Origin: Bacillota bacterium
Lineage (GTDB): Bacteria; Bacillota; DTU025
Length of the DNA: 64,000 nt
Direction of reading: 5' to 3'
NCBI GenBank assembly: GCA_050951805.1
Contig: JBMNJT010000008.1
Span: 384,001-448,000, forward strand
Both the position numbers and the translations under genes were made by a program. Below the pieces are notes generated by a model that worked only from the letters and a program-made list of their open reading frames with translations, was not told where the DNA came from and did not search any database. Of the stretch, positions 18,988 through 27,960 are shown one piece after another (the stretch's first letter is position 1; each line of letters begins with the position of its first letter).

Positions 18988-19472
18988 GGCAGTTTGGCAT
19001 TGTGAAGCGGGTTTGCGGAGAATCCGTGGAAGTCCTGGTCAGCCGTCCGGCAGCCTGTAAGGGCTGCGGAGCTTGCCAGATGGCGAATAATCGTCCCCAT
19101 ACCGTGATTGCGAGAAACGATGCCTCGGCGGAAGTAGGCGACACAGTGGCATTGGAACTTCCCGGACAAGATCTCATGCGCGCAGTCCTTCTCGCCTATG
19201 GAGTGCCATTGGTCATGTTCCTTGCCGGGCTGGGAGTGGGTGCGCTTGCAGCCCGGAGCTTCGGATGGACGATAGACTCGTCTCTTGCTTCCGCTATAGG
19301 GGGAATTCTCTTTCTAGCTGCCGGCTACTACGGAATTCACCTCTACGATCGTTCTCTTGGAACGGAAGCTTTTGCATCTGTTGCCGTGGCTGTGGTGGAT
19401 TCGAACAACCCTGAGTGTGCGTCGATTCATTCAGGGGCTGGGCGGGTTGAGGATACGGAGGAGACCGAATGA
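18984..19472 (+). CDS. rseC: RseC/MucC family protein (SoxR-reducing system/Rnf-associated)
   Basis: ACKGCGAC, AEVGDTV, LAYGVPL followed by two TM helices. Confidence 0.8.
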   Translation: MRQFGIVKRVCGESVEVLVSRPAACKGCGACQMANNRPHTVIARNDASAEVGDTVALELPGQDLMRAVLLAYGVPLVMFLAGLGVGALAARSFGWTIDSSLASAIGGILFLAAGYYGIHLYDRSLGTEAFASVAVAVVDSNNPECASIHSGAGRVEDTEETE

Positions 19473-20134
19473 AGCAGGAGAAGATACCAGATGTAGTTGT
19501 AAGGAGGCTTCCACTGTACCTACGCGCAGTGGAAGACTTTGATCGCAGGGAACATGCAATCGTCTCATCTAGTCAGCTAGGGGAGTGGACAGGGTTGACT
19601 CCGGCGCAGGTTAGAAAGGACCTTGCGTTTTTCGGAGAATTTGGCAAGCAAGGCATTGGTTACAATGTAAAGTTCTTGCATGAACAACTAAGGGAGATAC
19701 TTGGCCTTACCACAGATGTTCGCGTGGGCCTGGTTGGCCTGGGAAATCTGGGCCGCGCCTTGCTCCATCATAATGTAGATGCTCGCATCGACGGCTCAGC
19801 CGTAGAAGGCGACCCTGCCCGTTGGGTCCCTGAAAGCCTGCGTATTGTCGCCGCTTTCGATGTGGACCCACAAAAAGTGGGTATTACCTATGCCCAGGTC
19901 CCAGTCTACCACGTAGATGAGCTTGCTGCGAAAGTCCGCGAGCTCGACCTGAAGATTGTAGTTATTGCAGTTACGCCTGAGAGCGCGGGAGCTGTTGCTA
20001 GCGAATGCGTGAAAGCGGGGGTCAAGGCTATCCTGAATTTTGCCCCTGTAAAGCTTGATGTGCCTGAAGATGTAAAGGTCCATTCGGCGGACCTCACGTT
20101 GGAGCTACAGAGCCTTGCGTTTTATACTCGCTGA
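19469..20134 (+). CDS. rex: Redox-sensing transcriptional repressor Rex
   Basis: RRLPLYLR, QVRKDLAFFGEFGKQGIGY, GLGNLG, ILNFAP. Confidence 0.95.
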   Translation: MKQEKIPDVVVRRLPLYLRAVEDFDRREHAIVSSSQLGEWTGLTPAQVRKDLAFFGEFGKQGIGYNVKFLHEQLREILGLTTDVRVGLVGLGNLGRALLHHNVDARIDGSAVEGDPARWVPESLRIVAAFDVDPQKVGITYAQVPVYHVDELAAKVRELDLKIVVIAVTPESAGAVASECVKAGVKAILNFAPVKLDVPEDVKVHSADLTLELQSLAFYTR

Positions 20135-20225
20135 GCATGTGCGAGGAATGTCGCAAGGCCAGCGACGCTATAGAACTCGATCATGTTGCCCCTCGCGTGG
20201 GCGCGGGGGACGAAATAAGCAGTTG

Positions 20226-20284
20226 GCTGTCAAACCATGTGAAAGCCGGGCGGCCGCCCGGCTTTCTGCATGGTCGGCGACAGC
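20226..20284. repeat. Extended inverted repeat with a perfect 26-bp palindromic core
   Basis: GAAAGCCGGGCGGCCGCCCGGCTTTC at 20241-20266, flanked by ACCATG/CATGGT and GCTGTC/GACAGC. Confidence 0.7.
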
Positions 20285-20683
20285 TGCAACCACGGGACGG
20301 GAAGCTTGAGTGCCACGAATAGGTGTTAGACTGCGCTGAGGGCCCATGTATGTGCAACAATCGGTGCTCTTGCATTAAGGTTGTCACTTTACACCATACA
20401 CACGAAAGGGTAGGCAATGCGGGGATAGCCTTCTTCGTATTCCATGCCGATCATGCGATGAGGATAACGCCATCATATCGGCGGGATCAGCCAAGGCCTT
20501 GCACTTGTTGATCGAATATGTTCTACAGGAAATGACGTCATGGCAGGATGCGACTGAGCGACGCCTATCGACGGAGTAGTCGCTCTCCAAGGGCGAAGGG
20601 CGGTCGAAATGCGCATTTCCCCTAAGCCCAGGGTCTTTGTGCGCTCAATTTCATCCCAGTCTATCTATGGTGGTGGTTTTAAC

Positions 20684-22027
20684 ATGGAGTTGAACCAAGA
20701 GCTGATGATCGGATCAGTCTATGCCAGAGATGCCATACACTCCCTATATGGTGGTCAACGAGGCTTGAGGATCAGCACCCCAAAGGCAGCACCGGTCGTT
20801 CTTTTGTTTGCAAGAAAAAGTTGCGACTTTAAGGTGCGGCACGGCGTCGACTGCGGCTCTCCTGAAGGAGAACACAGCTACGCCCTGCCAGAAGATGAAT
20901 TGCCGAACGCACATACTGCCTCAGCTGAGCTGGCGCCATACGTTTCAGATCCGGAGGAAGGATGGCGTGATGATGGCTTCTACCATTTTCGAGGAGAGAA
21001 GCACGTTCAGTTCCTTCGCGGTAATCGCGCAGTGCGTGACCATGCTCGTGACGGAAAGCTGCTCTTTCTTTTTGAAGAGACTACCCGCCCGGAGGGGAGA
21101 CAGGCGTGGAGATTCATCGGTCCGATGGAATGTGCAGGCTATTACTTCGCGCAGGCGTCCGCCGGGAGGATGGCGATCATGTTCCGGCTTGCTCCTGTAT
21201 GCGCGATCCATTGCCTTCGGAAGAATTCTCAGGAAGTGGTGCTGCATTCTGTGTTGGCAGAGCGCTACGCGTTGGATTTCCTCAATAGCCGCCATGGCGC
21301 TATTGCTGCGAGCGCTGAGAGCACTCGTCCCGGACATCACAGCAATGCCTGGAAATGGTCGTCAGACTGCGCCCTGATTCAGCGGTATGCGCTTGATCGC
21401 GCTTTCGGCTTCTGTGAGAGTTGCGGTAAGCCGTCGCCGTTTTCGGACCCTGATGGTGAACCATATCTCGAGCCCCATTACATGCTTCGACCGTATGATT
21501 CCGGGGTGGATCCGGTGCATGGCATCGCTGCATGCTGCCCCGAATGTCACCGGATGATCCATGATGCCTGGAATGGGCGGAGTTATGATGTGGCCCTGGC
21601 CCGCAAGATAGCACTGCTTGAACGCTCAGTTGACAGAGGCGACTTCCTGGCGGTTACAGCTGCGGTAATTAGGAACGCAGAAGGGAAGGTATTGCTTACT
21701 CAGCGAGGGCATGGCGCACTTGCCGGCAAATGGGAGTTTCCTGGCGGAAAGATTGAGCCAGGGGAGACCTTGGAGGCTTGTTTGGCCAGGGAAATCAGGG
21801 AGGAATTGGACCTGGACATTGCAGATATTCGACCCCTTGTGTCCTCGTTCTATCAGTATGATGACTCTGCCGTGCGCCTTTTCGGGCTGTCTGCCAACGC
21901 AGTCGGAAACCAGCTTGAGCTGCGGGAACATATCAGCAAAGCGTGGGTATGGCCCCGTGAATTGGAATCGTATGACCTTGCCTCGGCAGATTTGCCCATA
22001 GCGGCTGTTGCGGCCAGGTTATTGTGA
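20684..22027 (+). CDS. SRA-like + McrA-type HNH endonuclease + NUDIX hydrolase fusion protein
   Basis: N-terminal IH..YGGQ..ISTP / GW.DDG.YH..GE / RGNRAVRDH..DGK.L.LFE; CESC..F..DGEPYLEPH..CPECHRMIH; Nudix box GGKIEPGETLEACLAREIREELDL. Confidence 0.72.
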   Translation: MELNQELMIGSVYARDAIHSLYGGQRGLRISTPKAAPVVLLFARKSCDFKVRHGVDCGSPEGEHSYALPEDELPNAHTASAELAPYVSDPEEGWRDDGFYHFRGEKHVQFLRGNRAVRDHARDGKLLFLFEETTRPEGRQAWRFIGPMECAGYYFAQASAGRMAIMFRLAPVCAIHCLRKNSQEVVLHSVLAERYALDFLNSRHGAIAASAESTRPGHHSNAWKWSSDCALIQRYALDRAFGFCESCGKPSPFSDPDGEPYLEPHYMLRPYDSGVDPVHGIAACCPECHRMIHDAWNGRSYDVALARKIALLERSVDRGDFLAVTAAVIRNAEGKVLLTQRGHGALAGKWEFPGGKIEPGETLEACLAREIREELDLDIADIRPLVSSFYQYDDSAVRLFGLSANAVGNQLELREHISKAWVWPRELESYDLASADLPIAAVAARLL

Positions 22028-22130
22028 CCGTCAAGTCCCGGTGCCCATTGCGCTGTAGAGATGTGCAAGCGTGCCATGCTTTTGAGCGGGCGTTCGAATC
22101 GCTCGAGGCGCACTTGCGAACTTCAGTTGG

Positions 22131-22159
22131 TTGACCCTGCATGCAGCCAAGGATATTAT
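22131..22159 (+). promoter_or_regulatory. SigA-type promoter for nfnAB-fhs
   Basis: TTGACC-17-TATTAT. Confidence 0.65.
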
Positions 22160-22250
22160 TAATGCTGGAGCAGAGTAGGAATTGCCGCGCTTGCGATGTG
22201 GGACTATGATGGCAGCACAGTCAGGGTTGTTGTTATGTGGGGGTGAACGG

Positions 22251-23102
22251 ATGTTCAAAATTGTTGAAAAGTGCACTCTCGCGCCGGGCGTGCACCAGTA
22301 TGAAGTTGAGGCGCCGCTAGTTGCTAAAAGCGCGCGCCCCGGCAATTTCGTCGTGGTCAGAACGAGCGAAACAGGGGAAAGGATTCCCCTGACAATTGCA
22401 GGCCACAATCGAGAGACAGGCACGATCACGCTCGTCGTGCAGGAAGTGGGAAAGAGCACCATGGAAATGGGTATGCTCGAGGTGGGCGACTATTTCAAGG
22501 ATGTAGCAGGCCCTCTTGGCCAGGCAACCCGCATCGAGAAGGTGGGAACTGTGGTGGCTGTGGCCGGAGGGATAGGGGTTGCACCGGTCCTTCCACAGAT
22601 CAGAGCGCATAAGGCCATAGGCAATCATGTCATATCCATTGTAGGCGCGCGCACTCGTGATCTGCTCGTTCTCAGAGATGAAGTAGAAAAGTTCAGTGAC
22701 GAAGTGATTTGGGCCACTGATGATGGGAGCCTTGGATACCATGGGTTTGTCAGTGGAGCGCTCGAAGAGTTGATCGGTTCGGGGCAGAAGATCGATGAAG
22801 TAATCGCAATCGGGCCTGTCAGGATGATGCAGGCTGTAGCAGATGTAACTAGGAAACACAACATACCCACAACTGTCAGCCTCAATGCGATCATGGTTGA
22901 TGGAACCGGGATGTGTGGATGCTGTAGAGTCACAGTAGATGGTGAAGTCAAGTTTTCGTGTGTTGATGGACCGGAGTTCGACGGACACAAAGTGGACTTC
23001 GACGAACTCGTATCGAGGCAGGGTTTCTTCCGCGACAAGGAGCAAATTGCAAGAGAGCGCTTCGAGGCAGATAGGGGTGGGTGCAAGTGTCACGCAAAAT
23101 AG
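22251..23102 (+). CDS. nfnA: NfnA (small subunit of the electron-bifurcating transhydrogenase)
   Basis: GERIPLTIA, GPLG, GGIGVAP, MVDGTGMCGCCRV, CVDGPEFDGH. Confidence 0.9.
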   Translation: MFKIVEKCTLAPGVHQYEVEAPLVAKSARPGNFVVVRTSETGERIPLTIAGHNRETGTITLVVQEVGKSTMEMGMLEVGDYFKDVAGPLGQATRIEKVGTVVAVAGGIGVAPVLPQIRAHKAIGNHVISIVGARTRDLLVLRDEVEKFSDEVIWATDDGSLGYHGFVSGALEELIGSGQKIDEVIAIGPVRMMQAVADVTRKHNIPTTVSLNAIMVDGTGMCGCCRVTVDGEVKFSCVDGPEFDGHKVDFDELVSRQGFFRDKEQIARERFEADRGGCKCHAK

Positions 23103-24574
23103 TCGACAGAACTGAGATGCCGAAGCAGTCGCCGGAGGCAAGGCGGACGAATTTCAGCGAAGTGGCGCTCGGACTCGACCCGGAATTGGCAAGGCGTGAA
23201 GCTGAACGATGCATCCAGTGCAAGACTAGGCCATGCACGACAGGGTGCCCTGTTGAAGTTGACATTCCAGAGTTCGTCGCGCTTATTGCCGAAGGTAAGT
23301 ATGACGAGGCTGCTGCGAAGATAAAGGAGAAGAACAGCCTGCCCGCGATATGCGGGAGGGTATGCCCCCAGGAGAGTCAATGCGAGAGCCTGTGCACGCT
23401 GGGGCGCAAGTATGAACCTGTGGCCATCGGAGCGCTGGAACGTTTTGCTGCAGATTGGGCCAGCAAGCGAGCGGTTGAGAAGCGCGAAGCCTGTGTAGGC
23501 GATGTTGACTCCGATTTGCAGTGCGGGTGTGAACAGAAAGTATGCGAGCTGGACTCCCGCGGATGCGCCCCTACAAGCGATTCTGCGGCTTCAGCGGCGC
23601 GTGTGGCGGTGATAGGTACAGGCCCTGCAGGGCTGACCTGTGCTGCAGACCTTGCCCTCAAGGGATACAAGGTAGATATGTTTGAGTCTTTGCACGACAC
23701 CGGAGGTGTGTTGCGATACGGCATTCCAGAGTTCAGGCTTCCAAAGTCCATCGTCGACGAGGAAGTTGAATACGTACGCAGCCTGGGCGTACGAATCTTC
23801 ACCAACGTAGTTGTAGGGCTGACTTTGGATTTGCGCGAAATGCTGGAGTCTGGCCAATACCAGGCTGCGTTCATTGCTACTGGTGCAGGCCTCCCGTATT
23901 TCCTCGGCATCCCCGGAGAGAACCTGAACGGGGTTTATTCCGCTAACGAGTTCCTCACCAGGGTCAACCTGATGAAAGCCTACATGTTTCCCCAATACGA
24001 TACTCCTGTCAATATTGGATCGAAGGTTGCCGTGGTGGGCGCAGGCAATGTTGCCATGGATTCGGCCCGCACTTCTCTTCGTCTTGGTGCCGAGGAAGTC
24101 AAGATAGTCTATCGCCGCTCTCGGGCTGAGATGCCGGCAAGGCTTGAGGAGATCGAGAACGCCGAAGAGGAAGGCGTGGAGATGATGCTCCTTGCCAATC
24201 CTGTGCGCATCATATCAGACGGCTGCGGTAAAGTTTCAGGGATGGAGTGTATCCGTATGGAACTGGGTGAGCCGGACGCAAGCGGCAGGAGGCGCCCGGT
24301 GCCGGTAGAGGGGTCGGAATTCATTCTCGATGTGGATACGGTTATTGTGGCCGTGGGTCAGGGGCCCAATCCTCTCTTGACTGAACGCACCAAGGGTTTG
24401 GAACTTAATCGAAAAGGGAACATTGAGGTGCGTGATGAATGCGGAGCAACAAGCATCTCCGGCGTGTGGGCAGGTGGTGACATAGTCACAGGCGCTGCAA
24501 CGGTCATATCCGCTATGGGAGCGGGAAAGCGCGCCGCTAGAGGAATCGATGAATGGATCCGGTCTAAGTTTTAA
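23087..24574 (+). CDS. nfnB: NfnB (large subunit, GltD-like)
   Basis: CIQC..PC..GCP, CGRVCPQE.QCE, GPAGL, YGIPEFRLPK, GAGNVAMD, GGDIVTGAATVI; adjacent to nfnA. Confidence 0.9.
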   Translation: MSRKIVDRTEMPKQSPEARRTNFSEVALGLDPELARREAERCIQCKTRPCTTGCPVEVDIPEFVALIAEGKYDEAAAKIKEKNSLPAICGRVCPQESQCESLCTLGRKYEPVAIGALERFAADWASKRAVEKREACVGDVDSDLQCGCEQKVCELDSRGCAPTSDSAASAARVAVIGTGPAGLTCAADLALKGYKVDMFESLHDTGGVLRYGIPEFRLPKSIVDEEVEYVRSLGVRIFTNVVVGLTLDLREMLESGQYQAAFIATGAGLPYFLGIPGENLNGVYSANEFLTRVNLMKAYMFPQYDTPVNIGSKVAVVGAGNVAMDSARTSLRLGAEEVKIVYRRSRAEMPARLEEIENAEEEGVEMMLLANPVRIISDGCGKVSGMECIRMELGEPDASGRRRPVPVEGSEFILDVDTVIVAVGQGPNPLLTERTKGLELNRKGNIEVRDECGATSISGVWAGGDIVTGAATVISAMGAGKRAARGIDEWIRSKF

Positions 24575-24595
24575 TGGTGGAGGTGTAGCTTAGAA

Positions 24596-26266
24596 GTGTT
24601 GAGCGATATCGAGATAGCGCAGTCCACTAAGCTCAGGCCCATAATTGACGTTGCGAAAGAGGTGGGTCTGACAGAGGACGAGATCGAGTATTATGGTAAA
24701 TATAAGGCCAAGGTTTCCCTTGACGTGTTCGATCGGCTGAAGGACCGTCCGAATGGCAAACTTATTTACACTACAGCGATAACAGCGACGCCGGCAGGCG
24801 AGGGCAAGACATGCATGGCTGTGGGCTTGACCCAGGCCTTGGGGAAGTTGAACAAGAAGGTAATGGTTTGCTTGCGTGAGCCTTCGCTGGGTCCGACCTT
24901 CGGGATCAAGGGAGGAGCTGCCGGTGGCGGCTATTCACAGGTACTCCCAATGGAGGATATCAACCTGCATTTTACAGGAGACATCCACGCAGTAAGCACT
25001 GCCCATAACCTGCTTGCCGCCATGCTGGACAACCACATTCACCAGGGAAATGATCTGAATATCGATATCCACAGGGTTGCTTGGCGTCGTGTGATGGACA
25101 TGAACGAGAGGCAGCTGCGGAATATCGTTTGTGGCTTGGGTGGCAAGGCCAATGGGACTCCACGGGAGTCTGGGTTCGATATCTCTGTTGCTTCTGAGAT
25201 AATGGCTGTGCTTTGTCTGGCCTCTGATATGGAGGACCTCAAGGCTCGGCTCGGCCGGCTCGTCGTGGCCTACACAAGGGATGGACAGCCGGTGACCGCC
25301 GCAGATCTCAAGGCAGTGGGGGCAATGGCTGTCCTGCTCAAGGATGCAATCAAGCCGAACTTGGTTCAGACAGTCGAAGGCCAACCAGCATTCGTCCACG
25401 GCGGTCCTTTTGCGAACATCGCCCATGGCAACAACTCGGTAATTGCCACGCGCATGGCGCTCAAACTTTGTGATTACGTGGTCACCGAAGGTGGATTCGC
25501 TGCAGATCTTGGCGCTGAGAAGTTCTTCGATATAGTGCACAGATTTACAGGGCTCACACCGGATGTGGCGGTTCTTGTAGCCTCTGTTCGCGCCCTTAAC
25601 ATGCATGGCGGCGTTCCAAAGTCGAAAGTCGCAGAGACGAATCTTGATGCTCTCGAGAAGGGTTGTACCAACCTTGACAAGCACATTGAGAACCTGAAAA
25701 AATTCGGGCTTCCCACAGTCGTGGCGATAAACAGATTCCCTACAGATACCCCAGAGGAGCTAGAGCTCGTGAAGAAGCATTGCGATGCCTTGGGTGTTCG
25801 CAGCGCGATATCGGATGTTGTGGCGAGGGGCGGGGACGGCGGAATCGAGTTGGCCAAAGAGGTTCTTGAAGCTGTCGAGAATGACCAGAACAATTTCAAG
25901 CCCATCTATGATCCAAACATGCCTATTCGTGACAAGATCGAGATACTGGCGACGGAGATATATGGCGCTGATGGGGTCGTGTACACTCCATCAGCGGAAA
26001 AGGAGATCAACCGCCTAACCAGATTGGGGTTCGATAAAATGCCCATCTGCGTTGCTAAAACGCAGCATTCGCTCACCGATGATCCGAACCTCAAGGGAGC
26101 CCCTGTTGGATGGAAGCTAACCGTTAGGGACGTGCGGGTTTCTGCGGGCGCAGGCTTCTTGGTGATCCTTACCGGCGACATCATGACGATGCCCGGGTTG
26201 CCCAAGGCGCCGGCTGCGGAGAACGTAGACATAGACGAGAATGGAACAATAGTAGGTCTCTTTTAG
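24596..26266 (+). CDS. fhs: Formate--tetrahydrofolate ligase
   Basis: [40 protein letters not shown]. Confidence 0.97.
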   Translation: MLSDIEIAQSTKLRPIIDVAKEVGLTEDEIEYYGKYKAKVSLDVFDRLKDRPNGKLIYTTAITATPAGEGKTCMAVGLTQALGKLNKKVMVCLREPSLGPTFGIKGGAAGGGYSQVLPMEDINLHFTGDIHAVSTAHNLLAAMLDNHIHQGNDLNIDIHRVAWRRVMDMNERQLRNIVCGLGGKANGTPRESGFDISVASEIMAVLCLASDMEDLKARLGRLVVAYTRDGQPVTAADLKAVGAMAVLLKDAIKPNLVQTVEGQPAFVHGGPFANIAHGNNSVIATRMALKLCDYVVTEGGFAADLGAEKFFDIVHRFTGLTPDVAVLVASVRALNMHGGVPKSKVAETNLDALEKGCTNLDKHIENLKKFGLPTVVAINRFPTDTPEELELVKKHCDALGVRSAISDVVARGGDGGIELAKEVLEAVENDQNNFKPIYDPNMPIRDKIEILATEIYGADGVVYTPSAEKEINRLTRLGFDKMPICVAKTQHSLTDDPNLKGAPVGWKLTVRDVRVSAGAGFLVILTGDIMTMPGLPKAPAAENVDIDENGTIVGLF

Positions 26267-26312
26267 ACGCCCCGTGGCTGTGCATTCGTGCCAGCCTACA
26301 TAAACTGGAGCA

Positions 26313-26364
26313 GCATGGGAAGGCGCGCTCTCAGGCAGATTCCTGGGAGCGCGCCTTCCCATGC
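26313..26364 (+). terminator. Long hairpin after fhs
   Basis: 23-bp stem with one G-U pair; no clear U tract. Confidence 0.55.
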
Positions 26365-26783
26365 CCGATTGCGGGAGATTGCCATGTTCAAGATGTATTA
26401 TTACCGTGTGCTCAGTCAAACGAGGTACGGGACTGCTTTGGGGTGAAGACGAGGCTGATGTTGTGAGCTGTCGGTATGTATCCAGATTACCTTGTTGCTT
26501 GCCACGAAAACGACTCACCAGTAGGCTATCCTGGTTACGGTGCCGCTTTCAGGAGGCAATCGGGCAGGTGTGGGATAGAACATTTGGTCGTCTCAGACGA
26601 CGTAGCTTTACACGTTAAAGACGGGCACTCCTCATATGGGGAATGAGCATTAGATGCAGATAGTCTAGTGCCGGCGGCATCTTCGACCAGCTTATCGTCC
26701 CCTATGATCGTGTTCAGCTGGGTATTGCCCAGGCTTTTTGCCATGTGCGTGACGCGCAACTGACGCCAATTTCGTCGTGGAGC

Positions 26784-26811
26784 GACACAAAAAGCCTTAT
26801 TCTCATACTAT
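26784..26811 (+). promoter_or_regulatory. SigK-like sporulation promoter
   Basis: gACa-16-CATACTAT matches the AC..CATAnnnT consensus. Confidence 0.55.
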
Positions 26812-26869
26812 ATATCAGTCTGCGGGCATAGCCCGCGGATGGAAAACTTTCACGGGAGGAGCGATTGCG

Positions 26870-26977
26870 GTGGAAAGCGCAGTATTCGCCGGCGGTTTCA
26901 GGGGTTTCTTCGCCTGGAACCTAGCATTGATTCTTCTAGGCATAATAGTGATCGCAGTGTTCTGGTTCCCTTGGTAA
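26870..26977 (+). CDS. 35-aa Gly-rich membrane peptide (YjcZ/SscA-like)
   Basis: RBS GGGAGGAG + GTG; MESAVFAGGFRGFFAWNLALILLGIIVIAVFWFPW. Confidence 0.6.
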   Translation: MESAVFAGGFRGFFAWNLALILLGIIVIAVFWFPW

Positions 26978-27010
26978 TTCAAGGCATGGCCTAAAAAGGA
27001 GGACACGCAC

Positions 27011-27145
27011 ATGACAGTTGGCGATGTTATAAAGGCTGCTCCAGACCCAGGGCCTTTTGGATGTGGGTTTGGATCATGGGGCATGCTCCTAATCCTGCTT
27101 GCCATAATCGTATTGGCAGCCTTCCTGCCAAGATTCTGCTGGTAG
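27011..27145 (+). CDS. 44-aa Gly-rich membrane peptide (YjcZ/SscA-like), absent from the ORF track
   Basis: RBS AAGGAGG + ATG; MTVGDVIKAAPDPGPFGCGFGSWGMLLILLAIIVLAAFLPRFCW. Confidence 0.68.
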   Translation: MTVGDVIKAAPDPGPFGCGFGSWGMLLILLAIIVLAAFLPRFCW

Positions 27146-27163
27146 AACGAGGCAGTCTCTGCA

Positions 27164-27193
27164 GTCAACCGTGCCGATTTTGGCACGGTTGAC
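27164..27193 (+). terminator. Hairpin closing the small-peptide unit
   Basis: 12-bp stem GTCAACCGTGCC/GGCACGGTTGAC. Confidence 0.55.
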
Positions 27194-27398
27194 CCCCTGC
27201 TTTCCTGCAAAGGCCACATTTCCTCCCGGATAAAGATCCTGCAGATTAGTGCCCAGGCCATCGTTCGTCACAAGGACTTTTGTGTTGCCCACACAATTAA
27301 GCCGGTCATAGCTGGGTAAACCCTAATTGGTGATGGGCGGTGTGTTATGGATGCAAGTTGACGCATCGGACGCATCTTTGGATCATGGATGCGAAGCA

Positions 27399-27427
27399 TT
27401 GTTCTGCAATGATTCATACTGTATACT
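27399..27427 (+). promoter_or_regulatory. SigA-type promoter for hydD
   Basis: TTGTTC-17-TATACT. Confidence 0.5.
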
Positions 27428-27469
27428 CATGGTGTGGTCACTCAACATTTGAAGGGGAGTGCTGGCAAT

Positions 27470-27832
27470 ATGAAGTCGCTTGATGACCTCAAGAAGATCA
27501 AGGAACGCGCTCAGGCAATGACGGAGTTGCGTGAGGGCAACGAGGAGGTAAGGATCGTTATTGGCATGGGCACCTGCGGTATCGCGGCCGGCGCGCGCGA
27601 TACGCTCGCAGCAGTCGTAGATGAGATCAACACGCGCAACCTTCGGCATGTGGCAGTGACGCAGACGGGTTGCATCGGGATGTGTGAATACGAGCCGATC
27701 GTGGATGTAATCAGGCAAGGTGAGCCAAAGGTGACATACGGGCGTGTTACGCCGGAGAAGGCTCGCCAGATTATCGCTAGTCATGTAGTGAATGGGCAGG
27801 TCGTAGGCGACCTCGTGATATCCTCCAAATAG
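27470..27832 (+). CDS. Thioredoxin-like [2Fe-2S] ferredoxin, hydrogenase subunit HydD/HndB
   Basis: GMGTCGIAAGAR, QTGCIGMCEYEP. Confidence 0.88.
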   Translation: MKSLDDLKKIKERAQAMTELREGNEEVRIVIGMGTCGIAAGARDTLAAVVDEINTRNLRHVAVTQTGCIGMCEYEPIVDVIRQGEPKVTYGRVTPEKARQIIASHVVNGQVVGDLVISSK

Positions 27833-27894
27833 GCAAGGGCTTTAGCGATGGGTGCCGATAGGGAGAGCCTCACGAGGTATTTAGTTGCGGAACT

Positions 27895-27912
27895 TTGTGA
27901 AAAACAGCACAA
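27895..27912. promoter_or_regulatory. Rex operator candidate
   Basis: TTGTGAAAAACAGCACAA versus TTGTGAAnnnnTTCACAA (2 mismatches), upstream of hydC. Confidence 0.65.
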
Positions 27913-27960
27913 TCTTGAAACGCCCGATGTTAGTAAGGACAGAAGGGGAGGGGTCCGGGC

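Noticed and set aside
20185-20610. A true CRISPR array
   Set aside because: No repeats at ~66-nt intervals between the two repeat-like units and no cas genes; kept only as a low-confidence finding
23087-24574. Glutamate synthase small subunit call
   Set aside because: No large subunit nearby; pairing with the NfnA-type gene indicates NfnAB
24596-26266. Wood-Ljungdahl acetogen cluster
   Set aside because: Only fhs is present; no folD, metF, acs or CODH genes in the window
26476-26646. Possible GNAT acetyltransferase remnant (YLVACHENDSPVGY..IEHLVVS)
   Set aside because: Short, no acetyl-CoA motif and no RBS; resemblance too weak
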